From Naegleria gruberi (Eukaryota): DNA of 64,000 nucleotides. The translations under genes were made by a program, and so were the position numbers. The notes under the pieces were generated by a model, which saw only the letters and a program-made list of their open reading frames with translations, was not told the origin of the DNA and did not search any database. This document shows positions 46,329 through 58,175 of the stretch, piece after piece. The stretch is from the NCBI GenBank assembly GCA_000004985.1, contig GG738879.1, one strand, 5' to 3'. The number at the start of each line of letters is the position of its first letter. The stretch's first letter is position 1.

Positions 46329-47348
46329 ATGAAATTAATTGATATTGGAGTAAATTTATGTGATGATATGTTTAAAGGAATTTATAATGGAAAACAATCT
46401 CATGATTCCGATGTTGAACAAGTTATTCAGAGAGCCTTGGATAAACATGTTGATAAATTGATGATCACAGGAACTTGTTATCAAGATATTCTGGAGGCTG
46501 TTGAATTAATAGAAAAATTCAAGGATAAATTCCCTAATAGATTGTATACCACTGTGGGTGTACATCCGACTAGATGTAATGAATTTAATCCATCAAATGA
46601 TATTGATCATAGGAATGCCTTGTTGGAAATTGTTAAGAAACATAGAGAATATATTGTGGTGAGTATTGTCTTGATATTTGATTCTAAAGGGTGAATTAAT
46701 TAAATTTATAGGCTATTGGAGAATGTGGATTAGATTATGATCGTCTTCATTATTGTGAAAAGGAACAGCAACAGAAATATTTTGAATTCCAATTAGAAAT
46801 GGCAAAAGAAACTAAATTGCCACTCTTCTTGCACAATAGAAAGTCAACACATGATCTTTGTGAAATTTTAAAGAGACACTATGATGATTTGGGATTATTT
46901 GTTGTTCACAGCTTTGATGGATCTTTGGAGGAATTAAAAGAATTGCTCTCACTTGGTGATAAAGTGTTCATTGGAATTAATGGCTGTTCTTTGAAAACAG
47001 CTGAAAATTTGCAGGTTGTTAAGGAAATACCTCTTGATAGATTATGCATTGAAACCGACTGTCCATATTGTGAAATTAGACAAAGTCATGCTTGTTGGAA
47101 ATTGTTGCAAGAGAGCAAACCATTTGTTTTTGATTCCAAGAAGAAGGAAAAATTTGAACTTGGTCAACATGTCAAGTCCAGAAATGAGCCAGATAATTTA
47201 ATGTAAGTCGCAATAGTATGAAATTCACTAATTTTCATTGAATAGTAACGTATTGAAGGTTATTTCAAAAATCAAAGAAATATCAGAGGAAGATCTTGCA
47301 AAAATCACTTATGAAAATACCATGAAAGTTTATTTCCCAAATCTTTAA
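46329..47348 (+). CDS. TatD-family Mg-dependent deoxyribonuclease; 3 exons, join(46329..46658,46712..47202,47246..47348)
   Basis: MKLIDIGVNLCDDMFKGIY...TVGVHPTRCNE...|AIGECGLDYDRLHYCEKEQQQKYFEFQLEMAKETKLPLFLHNRKSTHD...VVHSFDGSLEELKELLSLGDKVFIGINGCSLKTAENLQVVKEIPLDRLCIETDCPY...RNEPDNL|INVLKVISKIKEISEEDLAKITYENTMKVYFPNL. GTGAGT and GTAAGT donors with 53- and 43-nt introns. Phases agree with ORFs 46329..46694 and 46799..47206. Confidence 0.8.
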
Positions 47349-47365
47349 TTGAGGATAAAAATAAT

Positions 47366-49901
47366 TTATTTCTCATTAAGAGCTAAGGTAATATCCATAA
47401 ATGATCGTTCACCAGTTGTGGAATCAGCAACATTCTTCAAATTGGATGCTCTTTCTTTCAAATCATCAACAAATTTAAGATTGGAAAAGCAAATTGATGG
47501 ACCATCATTATGCTCATTCTCATCTTCACAAGAGGCAGCCATTGAAATAGCTTCGGTTTTCCATTCAGAGATTCTACATTTGAGAACATCAACTTTGGCA
47601 ATCATATTCTCATATTGCCTGCTTTTTAGTTGATCCCTTATGTCAATTAGTGAGTCGTGTAATTCCTTTTGAATGTTATTAGCTTCAGACCACTCTGTTT
47701 CAAGAGTATACACTTCTGTTGGTTTGCTCTTTCCCTTAAGTTTAACAACATCGACGAATAGACAGAGGAACTTTGTTTTAGCTTGTTCATATGTTGATTG
47801 ACCAATCAAAACAGTAGTTTCATATCTCTTATTAAGAGTTTCCAATCTACCCGCAGTATTGACGCTATCTCCAATAGCTGTATAGTTGAATCTTTCCTTA
47901 GAACCTACGTTTCCTATCATGGCATTACCTGAATTCACACCAACTCTAATTCTGAGGTCCGGCCAATTTTCTGCCTTACAACGAATCCTCAACTTTTCGA
48001 TTGCAACAAGTGCATCTAGGGCTGCTTGACATGATTTGTTTTGGTGATCATCTAGCTGTTTGAGAGGGTGAGAGAATAGAGCCATCACACCATCACCAAT
48101 GAATTTGTCTATTACGCCTCCATTTGATTCAACAGCTTCTGTCATTATTCTGAAATATTCTGAGAGGACTTTGAGTAATACTGAAACAGTTGATGATTCT
48201 GAAAAGGTTGTGAAATCAGCAACATCACTGAATAGAATTGATGTTGAGCAATTCACGACGCCTAATTTAGCTCCGATGCCATTTCTCACAATATCTTTAA
48301 CAATATCTTTTGGAATATATTTCATGAAGGAATGAAGAGAATTCTTGACTAATTTCGTTGATTGTTGCAACAAATCTAATTCATACACAACCTTTAAAAG
48401 CTTTGAGGTTTTAACTTCTTCCACTTCCAATTTAGAAATTTTGCTCATATCCTTGGAGACTTTCAAAATAGAACGAGTAATTAATTGAGTGACAATCATG
48501 GCTAAAACAGTTCCAAAAATAATGAAAATAATGGATAGAGATAATAGAGCTGGATCACTTGTCATTACTGTCTTGACAAATCCATAATTTACGGTTGCTT
48601 GAATAATTATCCAATCTAAACCATGATCATCCTTGATAAATTGTACAGATACTCTGTATTGATCTATCTTGAGAATTATGGTAGAGTTATCAGACGAGAG
48701 GGTTGCCATATCTCCATTTGGTCCAATTATTATTTTCTGACTCATTAGGTAATCCGAAATCTTTGAAAAGACACTTGTTGTTTGATTCATATGTACTCTA
48801 TTATTATTGGCATCTCTAGTTTCATAACCCATACTTGTACTAATCAAATAACCTGTTCTCTCAATAATTACAATGTCAATGGATTTAGTTTGGATATCAA
48901 GGTTAGCCTGAATAGTTTCATTAAGGATATAGTCCAATTGATACAAGTCATAATGGGCCCCAATAATCTCTACTACAGATTGTTTTGTGTATGTACCATT
49001 ACTGAGCTGTGTCATGTTATAATTATCATAATCCAAAGTTGTAGCAGCTCCCAGAGATAGGCATTTGATGAAGAAATTATTAAAGACAGTTGACCATTGA
49101 TAGCTTGGATAAGGCGCCTTCAATCCTGCCTTATACCATGGTCTAATTGTTGGATCATAATTCGGAATTCTCATTGATTCTGTAACTGGTTCATAATAGG
49201 TATTATATGAAGAAATTACAACCTCTGCTTGTGGATTTCTAATTTGAACATAATGTCTCGAATTTGAACCTTCTACAGCAATATAATTTTTCATTGAATT
49301 TCCATAATAGAGAATGGTGGTTTGAGGAAATGCAAGCTTTCAAATAGTTATTAGTACTTTTGAATAGTTTGAAAACGAACCTTTGTTGGTGCAAACACTC
49401 TAATGACTCTTTTAACCAAGCCATCAAGATCAAATGGAAGCATATCACCATCCATTCTCCTCTGTAACATAAAACCTTCTCTTATCTGATGAAGAATGGT
49501 CGAAGCTTGACCCATATGATTCTTAATTTCTTCAGAAATATTATCCTCTCTAATACTTGCAATATCATTGATGGATTTTTCTCCACTGTTTACAAAAAAG
49601 TAAGTTGGCAATTAGTACATTTATAAACTAACCTTGAATAAATCAATAATAATAATGAACCAATACAAATAAAGGTCTGTAACAAAAATACAATAATGAG
49701 AATGTTTTGTAATGAATGAAATGCTGGACAAAAGAATTGAATAAATCGCCTTGACGCACTCTTGTTTTCCTTATTGAATGCCATTACAGCACCAATCGAC
49801 GTGTCAGAAAACGATGAATGCATTGATGAGGATTGAGTGTCTGATGATGCAGCACCAATGAATTTGTTATCTGGATCTACGGTGATAGGTTGAATTCTCA
49901 T
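47366..49901 (-). CDS. receptor-type class III adenylyl/guanylyl cyclase with an extracellular sensor domain (Dictyostelium ACG-like); 3 exons, join(49633..49901,49381..49585,47366..49336), about 814 aa
   Basis: ATG at 49901 (agaaaaaaaATGaga). TM1 IIVFLLQTFICIGSLLLLIY. Extracellular region of ~330 aa. TM2 LLSLSIIFIIFGTVLAMIVTQLI. Cyclase core FSDVADFTTFSE...IDKFIGDGVMALFSHP...RIRVGVNSGNAMIGNVGSKERFNYTAIGDSVNTAGRLE, then a coiled C-terminal tail. Introns of 47 nt (donor GTTAGT) and 44 nt (donor GTTCGT) are in phases 2 and 0, consistent with ORFs 49590..49901, 49351..49611 and 47366..49294. Confidence 0.8.
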
Positions 49902-50215
49902 TTTTTTTCTTTAATTGTAGATATTGGTTGACAAATTATTGCGGTATAGTTTATGTTTGATTGATGGTGAAATTAAAGAGATACAGAGCGATACTGAGCT
50001 TGTTCTATTCCCTTCATTATCCCTCGAAGTATTTACGATTGACATTTATGGGTTGTTTCGGTAGATGAGCTATATTAGGCGTTTGTTATAATAATTAATA
50101 CAAGCAACCAATATGGTGAACCTAAGGGTAATATATAGACACTTAATCAATAAGTTTCAAACTTGAAAACAAAGCCAACAGCTTTTAAAGCTTTAATAAC
50201 CAACTACAAAACGTG

Positions 50216-50303
50216 TCCGATGAGACGGAATCGAACCGCCGACCACAGGATGACAGATTTTTCTTGCTACAGTCCCATGCTCTACCAGCTGAGCTATCAT
50301 CGG
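50216..50303 (-). tRNA. tRNA-Tyr (anticodon GTA) containing a 15-nt intron 3' of the anticodon
   Basis: Minus strand: CCGATGATAGCTCAGCTGGTAGAGCATGGGACTGTAG[caagaaaaatctgtc]ATCCTGTGGTCGGCGGTTCGATTCCGTCTCATCGGA. It matches the conserved eukaryotic tRNA-Tyr exon sequences and the canonical intron position after nucleotide 37. Confidence 0.85.
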
Positions 50304-50509
50304 TTTACACTTGTTGGAATTAGTAAGGTAATGACCTCTACATCTGGTTATTAGTGATTTCGTCAACCACCTTAAAATCATAGGATTGACAATCTAATCT
50401 TCCTGAATTTATTGAATTTTATTTTGTTTCTTTGTTTTATTAAAGTTCCATTCATTTTCCCAATTTTCATTGTGTTCATTCCATTTCAAAAAAAAGAATC
50501 CAGAAAAAA

Positions 50510-51979
50510 ATGCACGACGATGAATGGTATCAAGTTATTGACTTTCTTACGGAGAGTGATTTTCCATCTTTCCTCTGTGTCTGTTCTGAATGGAACAAAT
50601 TACTAAATTTTTGTATGCAAAAATCCTGGTTTTGGATGGATAGGCATATTCGGTTTCTAAATACTCGAATTAAACTATATTCAGGTTTAATTGCCGTGGA
50701 TTCGAGTCATTATAGTGGAATGAGAAGATTTCTAAAGATGAGAATTGATCATCACTTGAGGAAACTAAAAGAATTGAGAGAGGAAAGGAAGATGAATTAT
50801 ATTAATTTTAAAGGGAAACATTTTATCGCAGTGAAAAAGTATGAAGATTCTAATAATTGCAAGCAAATGATTGATTATTTGAAATATAGACCCACTGCTG
50901 AAAAATTGAGTTTAGAATGCTTTTTAAAGAGGGATACTAGCAAGTTGGTTTCGTACAAGTTTGGTGAAATTTTCCAGTACATGTTTGAGAACTATATGAA
51001 CAGTTATCATTACAGGAAAGTGACAATGGATGAAATGACCAATTGCATAATACCAGACCTTATTTTACAAAGGGAAGTTTCCAGTTTGCAATTTTGGGAT
51101 GCACTACTTAACAATCATCCCAAGTTGAGGTTTGATTCAGGATCTACCTTTTTAGACTTTTTCACTTGCATTCTAAATGCAAAATCAAATAGTGATAATC
51201 TTGACGAATTAGTAATGAAATTCTTGAAGTCTAATGAATATAATGGATTGGATATACTCTCTGTTCCAATTCAGTTAAGGTTTGCTAGAAGAGTAGCTAA
51301 AATATTGAAAGAGAATAATGTATCATTTATACATTCCCGAGTTGGATATAGCTCAAGGAGATTTAGAGATATATCAATCACTAATCCAGTCTTATCTGAA
51401 TATTTGGAATATCTGTCAAGTAACAGAGTGATGCTTTCAGATTTCCTTCATGAGGAATTTATATTTGTGGGAGGAGTTTACAAGTACTATTTATTTGCCG
51501 ATTACAAGGTTGATATTTGTGGTAAAAGTTCAAATGGAGTTAATTGGATTATCAATCTTGTTGATAACTTCCCAACAGTAGATGTCATTTATTTCTTTAC
51601 AAGTACTTCTTTTAAGGGAATGAGACTTGATTGGACAAAAATCGACCCAAGCAGAAAAATACTCGATCGACTTATTCTTGGAGCAAAGGATCCATCAGAA
51701 AGATTATCGATCATTAAGGGATTTCACAATAAGAATGTAGACTTTTCAGATTTATTACTTGCGAAAATTATTGACAGTAGTGTGTATGGAAATGATAAGA
51801 AATCTTCAATCATTCGTGAGACTATTGAGTATCTATTACCTATTATTACTTTTGAGAATTCAAATGAACAATTTAAACAGTATTATGACATGAATGTCAA
51901 CAAGGTAAAAGGGAATAATTGGAACGGAACAGATTTCAGATTAGAATTGTGTTTTAAGGTTTGGAAAATTATTGGATGA
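50510..51979 (+). CDS. F-box-like domain protein (hypothetical)
   Basis: ATG at 50510 in the context aaaaaaATGcac. N-terminal WYQVIDFLTESDFPSFLCVCSEWNKLLNF resembles an F-box. The remaining ~440 aa are unassigned. Single exon. Flanked by the tRNA-Tyr and tRNA-Arg genes. Confidence 0.45.
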   Translation: MHDDEWYQVIDFLTESDFPSFLCVCSEWNKLLNFCMQKSWFWMDRHIRFLNTRIKLYSGLIAVDSSHYSGMRRFLKMRIDHHLRKLKELREERKMNYINFKGKHFIAVKKYEDSNNCKQMIDYLKYRPTAEKLSLECFLKRDTSKLVSYKFGEIFQYMFENYMNSYHYRKVTMDEMTNCIIPDLILQREVSSLQFWDALLNNHPKLRFDSGSTFLDFFTCILNAKSNSDNLDELVMKFLKSNEYNGLDILSVPIQLRFARRVAKILKENNVSFIHSRVGYSSRRFRDISITNPVLSEYLEYLSSNRVMLSDFLHEEFIFVGGVYKYYLFADYKVDICGKSSNGVNWIINLVDNFPTVDVIYFFTSTSFKGMRLDWTKIDPSRKILDRLILGAKDPSERLSIIKGFHNKNVDFSDLLLAKIIDSSVYGNDKKSSIIRETIEYLLPIITFENSNEQFKQYYDMNVNKVKGNNWNGTDFRLELCFKVWKIIG

Positions 51980-52016
51980 AATAAAAAATTAAAATTATGG
52001 AAAACCAAAAATCGAT

Positions 52017-52089
52017 TACCGACAATGGGCTCGAACCCACGACCCCAGGATTAGAAGTCCTGTGCTCTATCCAACTGAGCTATGACGGC
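52017..52089 (-). tRNA. tRNA-Arg (anticodon TCT)
   Basis: Minus strand: GCCGTCATAGCTCAGTTGGATAGAGCACAGGACTTCTAATCCTGGGGTCGTGGGTTCGAGCCCATTGTCGGTA. D-arm GCTCAGTTGGATAGAGC and anticodon loop cTTCTAa are canonical. By my reading the T-arm and acceptor stem contain one irregular pair each, which may be a transcription slip on my side. Confidence 0.7.
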
Positions 52090-52183
52090 TTCACATTCAT
52101 TAAGAATATTAAGGCACAACAACACCAAACGAATTATCCTAATTTCGTCAGCTTTCGTGTGTAATGTTTTAAATTTAAAAAAA

Positions 52184-54701
52184 ATGAAATTACTTTCTAA
52201 TTTCAAAACCTCTCAACCACACAACAATGAAACAAATATCTTTCCCAATCTTTCCAAAACTCTGGTCAAGCTTACTTTCAAGCCTCTTCCCAATCCAAAT
52301 CTACACATTCCCACATATGTCAAAGCAATAGAATTCAATCATGATAGAACCCTCCTAGCAATTTCTAACTATTACGGGGTTATTAGCATATTCAAAGTTA
52401 TTGATGATAAAAAACGTGAATCCACCAAATTTGAATATTTTTGCTCCTTTGACCTTTACAAACCTGTTAGATGTTTAAAATTCATTGATCGATTGAAATA
52501 TATTGTTTGTGGATGTGATTCGAGTAATGTACATGTGATTGATTATGACAATAATGTAGAAATTACAAGATTGCCTTGTGATTTTGGAAAATGTCGATCT
52601 CTATTAGTTCATCCTAAATATCCATTCATAATGGCAGGAGGTGATAATGGGAAAATTATTATATGGAATTGGGAAAAGAATTTCGCTATTGAACATGTCC
52701 TGGCACCACCAAAATTTATTTTTGATTTATATAGATATGTTATGTCCATGTCTATGAATTATTTCAATTCAGATATTGTAGTTTCTGGTTATTTGAATGA
52801 TGCCATTATGGTGTGGAATATTCCTTTTAAGGAACTGAGTGAATACAGAAACAAAGATAACACTAGTTTTATCAAAACATCGAGTAAGTTGTTGGAAACA
52901 TTTTAATGTTAAATGAATAGACAAACCAAAACCAATTGGTAAAACTATCAGGACTAAATCAACAGTCAATTGTGTAGATTGTTACAGAGGATATGATTAC
53001 AATAGAAGAAATTGGTTTGTTGCTTCTTTTGATGATGGAACCACTCAAATATTCGACAGTAAAACATGTCAATGCATTGTGAAACTATCTCAAGTTCATG
53101 AACAACCTGTTACAACATGTATCTTTGAGGGTGATTTCTTATTTTCAGGATCAGAAGATGGCCAAGTATATATGTATAACTCTACAAATGGCTTTAAATG
53201 TATTAGAGATATATCATGTTCTGCTTCAGTATGGTGTATGCAAATTGACAAGTCAATTACAAATCATGATAAATTGAGAAATGAGTCTTTTACTAAACTT
53301 TCAATTGGAAGCACAGATAATGCCTTACATTATGCTTTTAAGAAGGAGTTTGAGGAGTATCCTGCATTGAAAATTAATCAAGATCCCAAGTTTCATGATG
53401 TGGAGATTGTAACTAGAGTATCTAATGTGTTGATAGTTGACTCATTCAAATACCACATGAAACTAGCTGAAACTGATGCAACAGCTCAATATCATGTTGG
53501 AATAATGTTGAAAAATGGACAAGATGTAGAAAAGGATGAAAGAGAAGGTTTTCAATGGTTATTGAAAGCTGCCAAGAATGATAACACCCTTGCACAATTT
53601 GAGGTTGGCATGTTTTACCTGAACACTGATAAGAATTACGAACGTGCACACAAATGGTTATTGAAATCTGCCAGTAATGGACATGATGAGGCACAATACC
53701 AAATGGCATGCATGTTTCATGAAGGAGTTTGGGTAAAGCAAGATTTTACACAAGCATTTGATTGGGCATATAAGGCAGCTCAACAACATCACAGTATGGC
53801 AATTCAATTTATCATTGATTGCTATAATGGTGGAATTGGAGTGAAGAGAAACTTATTGGAAGCTAAATTGTGGATGGAAAAATTAAATCAACCAAATCAA
53901 CAAGTCAAGAGATTTAAGAATGCTTTTGAAACTTTAGGAATTGAATATGATAGTGTGAAGGGAAAAGAATTAAATGAAAAAGCTACTGGAGAATTTGAAA
54001 CTATTGACAATTTATCCAACCTATTAACACTCGAAACCGAGTATGAGAAGATTACCAATTATACGATTGTATTCTATGCCTATTTCATTCAATTCAACAC
54101 CATTCAAAGTCCACCAAGAGATAAGTATTATCATATTTTGGTATCATTGTTCGAATTGGCCAACCACTTCAGTAATGATGAATGCAAAAGGAAAATATTA
54201 CAAGTTTCTAATCAAATCCTGAGATGTTTTTTCCTTTTCAAGATGCAAAGTATGGATTATGTTTCGATTGACATTTTGCACTCCTTTATTGTGTATGAAG
54301 ATTTGAAATCTCTTGAATTACCACTCTACCTCATCAAATATTTGATGAATGTTCAACATATTGAACTCTTTGCCAAATGGAAATTACAAAATAGTGGTTA
54401 TCAATTCGAAGGTCCATGGAATGATATGATAATTGGAAATGAATTATCCAATCACAGTTTCTATACTAATAAGTTGGAATCTTTTGAATATGTTCCACCC
54501 TTCTTGTCCATTCAACACAAGGATGGAGAAGTAACAATAATTAGGAACACCAAGAATTATAATTTGAGAATCTTTATTGAATTTATTGGATTGGAAAATG
54601 TTGGATATCACATTGTAATGAGAAAGCCAAAGGAAACTGTCAAATTGACTCCCTTAATTGAATATTTCGAAATAAGAGGAGTTCTTTTTTTTTACAAGTA
54701 A
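52184..54701 (+). CDS. WD40-repeat (N-terminal) plus Sel1/TPR-like repeat (central) protein; 2 exons, join(52184..52883,52921..54701)
   Basis: ATG at 52184 (aaaaaaaATGaaa). WD-like units (LLAISNYYGVISIFKV, HVIDYDNNVEI, GGDNGKIIIWNWEKN, FSGSEDGQVYMYN). A GTAAGT intron of 37 nt (52884..52920) in phase 1 links to ORF 53079..54701. Sel1-like repeats AQYHVGIMLKNGQDVEKDEREGFQWLLKAAKNDNTLAQFEVGMFYLNTDKNYERAHKWLLKSASNGHDEAQYQMACMFHEG. Confidence 0.65.
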
Positions 54702-55031
54702 TCCAAAACATTCAAACAAGAATCTTTGCTGACGAAATAATCAATTAGATTTGTAGTAAATGAGGAAGCTGACCAAGAAGATTTTGAGAAAATTCGTACA
54801 CCACATGGGCCTTCAATCCATACAGTCGCCATGTATAACACATATTGTTTGTGCAAAAACATGAACAAATTTGAAGAGGATGAATCGGAGCCCTCACAAA
54901 CCAAGAATGGCAAATTTACACCTACCGTAAAATTGTTTGTAAACAACCTCAGCCAACTTGGGGATTGTTGGTTTTGCGACTCCAACGAATTCCATCCACC
55001 CTTAATGTGAATTTAAAAAAACAACATCAAA

Positions 55032-56021
55032 ATGGATCATTCCCAAGTTAACGTAGAGCTTGCTCACCAACGAAACCAACAAGCATACGTGGTGGCTAAT
55101 TCACAAGCAAAGATTGCCAACCTCGATAACAATGAATTCTTAAACCAAGGTCTGATTAAGAATGAGTACTTTGCTGATGGCAACACAATTTTTATTCTCA
55201 TCATGAAAATTCTATTGAATATTTGCACTTTGGGTTTATTTTCACCAATTGTGGTCAATATGATAACTAGAAGATCGGTAAGGAGTATGGTTATTGGCAA
55301 TAGACGTCTCCAATATGATGATGGTGGTGATTTGACCATGGCCATGTGGTGTTACCTTGATAAGTTCCTTAATATAATAACATTGGGTTGGTGGTACTTG
55401 CTCGGATTCAGCCACAAGTATTACTTGTCCAAGTTTGATGAGAAAATTACCTGGGGTCCACCAGCAAAGACCATCAAAACCAATTACTTTAATGATTCCA
55501 TTGTTTGGGAACCTGTTGATGATGGAAGAGGTAGTTTTAAAATCTTCTCTGCTTACTTGGGTGTTTGGAATGAATTTGCTGGTTTCATGCTTGGTGTTCT
55601 CAACTTTTTCTTCTTGGGAACTCTATCTCCTATCAGTGTAAAGTTTTACTTTTCCAAGTTATTGAGTAAGGTTCGCTTGGGTGTTGGTAAATTTGCAGTC
55701 ATTCATCCACACATGATTGAAAGCATTGATAATCATAATAGGGATGAATTTAGCCCAATTCAAGTTCCGAGAGATCAGATATATAATACACCATACCCAG
55801 TCTCTTATTTCCCACAAATGGAAGGCCATGGCATGTATGAGTTAAAGTTGAGATTTGTAGCTGATGTTTGTGATATGTATGGATTTTATTGTGGCTACAA
55901 TTGTTTAATGTACATTACTTGTGGTTGTTTCAAATTGTGTTCATCTGAATATTTGAGAAGATTTTTGAATAAGAAGGTTGGTGTTCATGTTGAGCCAATA
56001 AGTATTACAGTTCAACCTTAA
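55032..56021 (+). CDS. DUF898-like membrane protein (hypothetical)
   Basis: Three repeated units of the form hydrophobic-(T)LG-x-(S)P-hydrophobic followed by basic residues (ICTLGLFSPIVVNMITRR, IITLGWWYLLGFSHKYYLSKF, FFFLGTLSPISVKFYFSKLL), as in the YjgN/DUF898 family. Low confidence. Confidence 0.35.
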   Translation: MDHSQVNVELAHQRNQQAYVVANSQAKIANLDNNEFLNQGLIKNEYFADGNTIFILIMKILLNICTLGLFSPIVVNMITRRSVRSMVIGNRRLQYDDGGDLTMAMWCYLDKFLNIITLGWWYLLGFSHKYYLSKFDEKITWGPPAKTIKTNYFNDSIVWEPVDDGRGSFKIFSAYLGVWNEFAGFMLGVLNFFFLGTLSPISVKFYFSKLLSKVRLGVGKFAVIHPHMIESIDNHNRDEFSPIQVPRDQIYNTPYPVSYFPQMEGHGMYELKLRFVADVCDMYGFYCGYNCLMYITCGCFKLCSSEYLRRFLNKKVGVHVEPISITVQP

Positions 56022-56142
56022 TAACTTGATATTAACAAACAATAAAAGCACCATCAGGTCCACTTCCGATTTAAATTATAATTATTAATATATATATTCA
56101 TTTTCCATAAAAAAAAAGAATTGAAGTAAGAAAAAACAAAGC

Positions 56143-57996
56143 TTAAGGCTGTTTATATATCTTAGAAAAAACTCCCTTCATATCAACTTTGGCCTTATTC
56201 AACATGAATGGTTTTTTCACAAGAGGTAAGGTGAAAACTGCCGAGTCATCAATGAATAAAGTATTCAGGGCAATTTGTTGTGGTCCTGTTTGATTCAAAT
56301 TTAATCCATTGTTTGGATTGATGCTGAATCTTGGAGAGTTGCTACTAGTGATGGTAATTCTCATTGCATGTCCTGTAATTCAGTATTGAAAATTATAATG
56401 TCGAATATATAGAATTGATAACAAACCTGGATTGAAAATGTAAGCAGTTGGCCACATGGAAATAGTAATTGGATAGATTGTTCCTGGCTCCATCAATGTC
56501 TTTTTCACATTGCTCTCTCTCCAACGCATTCTCAAAATGGAATCTCCCAACAACATGGATCTACCATCTGGATATCTTTACATAACAATTAAAATTTCCA
56601 CAAGAATATTAAAACTTACACATCTGAAAATCTAACAACAAAATCAGTATCAGTACAATTGCTTGAAACCTTAAAAGATACAGACATTCTTCCAACAATA
56701 AACATTTGATCCTTAAATGTATCAGATGTAAATAAGATGTTATCTGATCTTTTCTCATTTTCTCTTTGATCGTATGGTCCACAAGTTGGAATCATTAAAT
56801 TATTACCTCCAATCGTTGGAGTTGGATTACTTGGATTGTAAACGTATGGAATTTTACCTGGATTAGTTTGAACTCTTGGTTTTCCAAAGTAGGTCATGGA
56901 ATCTTGATTGGAAGCAGCTTGCAATTTTTGATTAGATGTCAACACAAATTCAATTGGACGAGTTTCTGGGAAATCCTTCATTGTAACATAGAAATTACCC
57001 ATTGTACCAGACTCTACAGAATCAGGACCCATCATATAGAAAGTGACATAATCAAGAGATGGAAGAGATCCATACTTGAACAAGTATGGACAAAATATTT
57101 CAGGATGCAACATTAAATCAGTACCTACACAGTAAATTAATTTCCAAAATCAATTGTTACTTACCTGGGAAGGAAATTTGAGATTTTGTACAATGTCCAG
57201 TTGGTAACACAATGAGATAGGTGTCATTAGGTCTATTCTTTCTATACATATCAAATGCGTTTAAGGTTCCATTAAGGAACAAATCAGCCCATCCAGAAAT
57301 ATGCAAAGAAGGGAAAGTGACATTTTCACCACTCTTCAATGTGACAGGTTCCCAAAATTCACTATAACTTTCATGATCTAAAACTTTTTGAACAAATTGT
57401 GGTTGATAGGCATAAAACTTTAACCAATAGGTCAAATCCTGTTGCCTGAAAGCTCCTCCTTGGAAAACAAAGTTATAAACATCAGCCGTACCAACAAGTA
57501 AACATTGACCTTTCAACCAATCAACTTTTTCTCTTGTTTGGAAATAGGAAGCAATTGCATTTGCTGAGGCACCAACAGAAAACACATTACCAGAAAATCC
57601 TTTTAGATTTTTGGAAAGATATTGAATGGTAGATTGTGAATCTTGCCATTCAGATCTCCACATATCATATTCACCAGTACTATTGTGACAACCTCTCAAA
57701 TCTTGTCCAGCATACAAATACTGAGCTGAATTTAGAACCATTCTATCATCACTCAATCTTCCTTGACCATACGGTGTTCTCTCAAAGACAAGATCATGTG
57801 GCTTATCTGCATTCAAATCAGGATCAGGATACGACACGATAGTATTCAACTTGGCAGTTCCATCACTCGTCGGAATCATAAATTGCAACATGTTTTGCGA
57901 TTTTGAATCACATCTTGCCACCACTCCAATCAACAAGACAATAATTACCAATATTTCCATTAACAATAATTTGTTCATCCGTGTTGTTGGTGTCAT
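56143..57996 (-). CDS. secreted CocE/NonD-family (S15, X-Pro dipeptidyl-peptidase-like) hydrolase; 4 exons, join(57165..57996,56620..57124,56427..56575,56143..56372)
   Basis: Signal-peptide-like MTPTTRMNKLLLMEILVIIVLLIGVVARC; an alternative ATG lies at 57978. Family hallmarks FMIPTSDGTAKLNTIVSYPDPD...LVFERTPYGQ and ...FSDVYPDGRSMLLGDSILRMRWRES. Three introns (40, 44 and 54 nt; donors GTAAGT, GTAAGT, GTTTGT) in phases 1, 2, 1, all consistent with ORFs 57157..58050, 56616..57113 and 56143..56364. Confidence 0.7.
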
Positions 57997-58175
57997 TTTT
58001 CGCAACAAGAGGGAGGACTCTATTTTTTTTGAAATTGAAATTGATAACAAACCTTTTGGCTGTTGTGTGTTTTGTTATCTAATCATGATTTTGGTGAAGG
58101 TTCAATAATTTCTAGGTCAATGTAATTTCACAAGATGTGCCTTTGGAAATGGCCAAATTCATGATATAAAATGTC

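Noticed and set aside
54692-54985. 97-aa minus-strand ORF between the WD40-Sel1 gene and the DUF898-like gene
   Set aside because: No domain, and it overlaps the 3' end of the WD40-Sel1 gene. It is probably a 3'-UTR-region artefact, though a small gene cannot be excluded.
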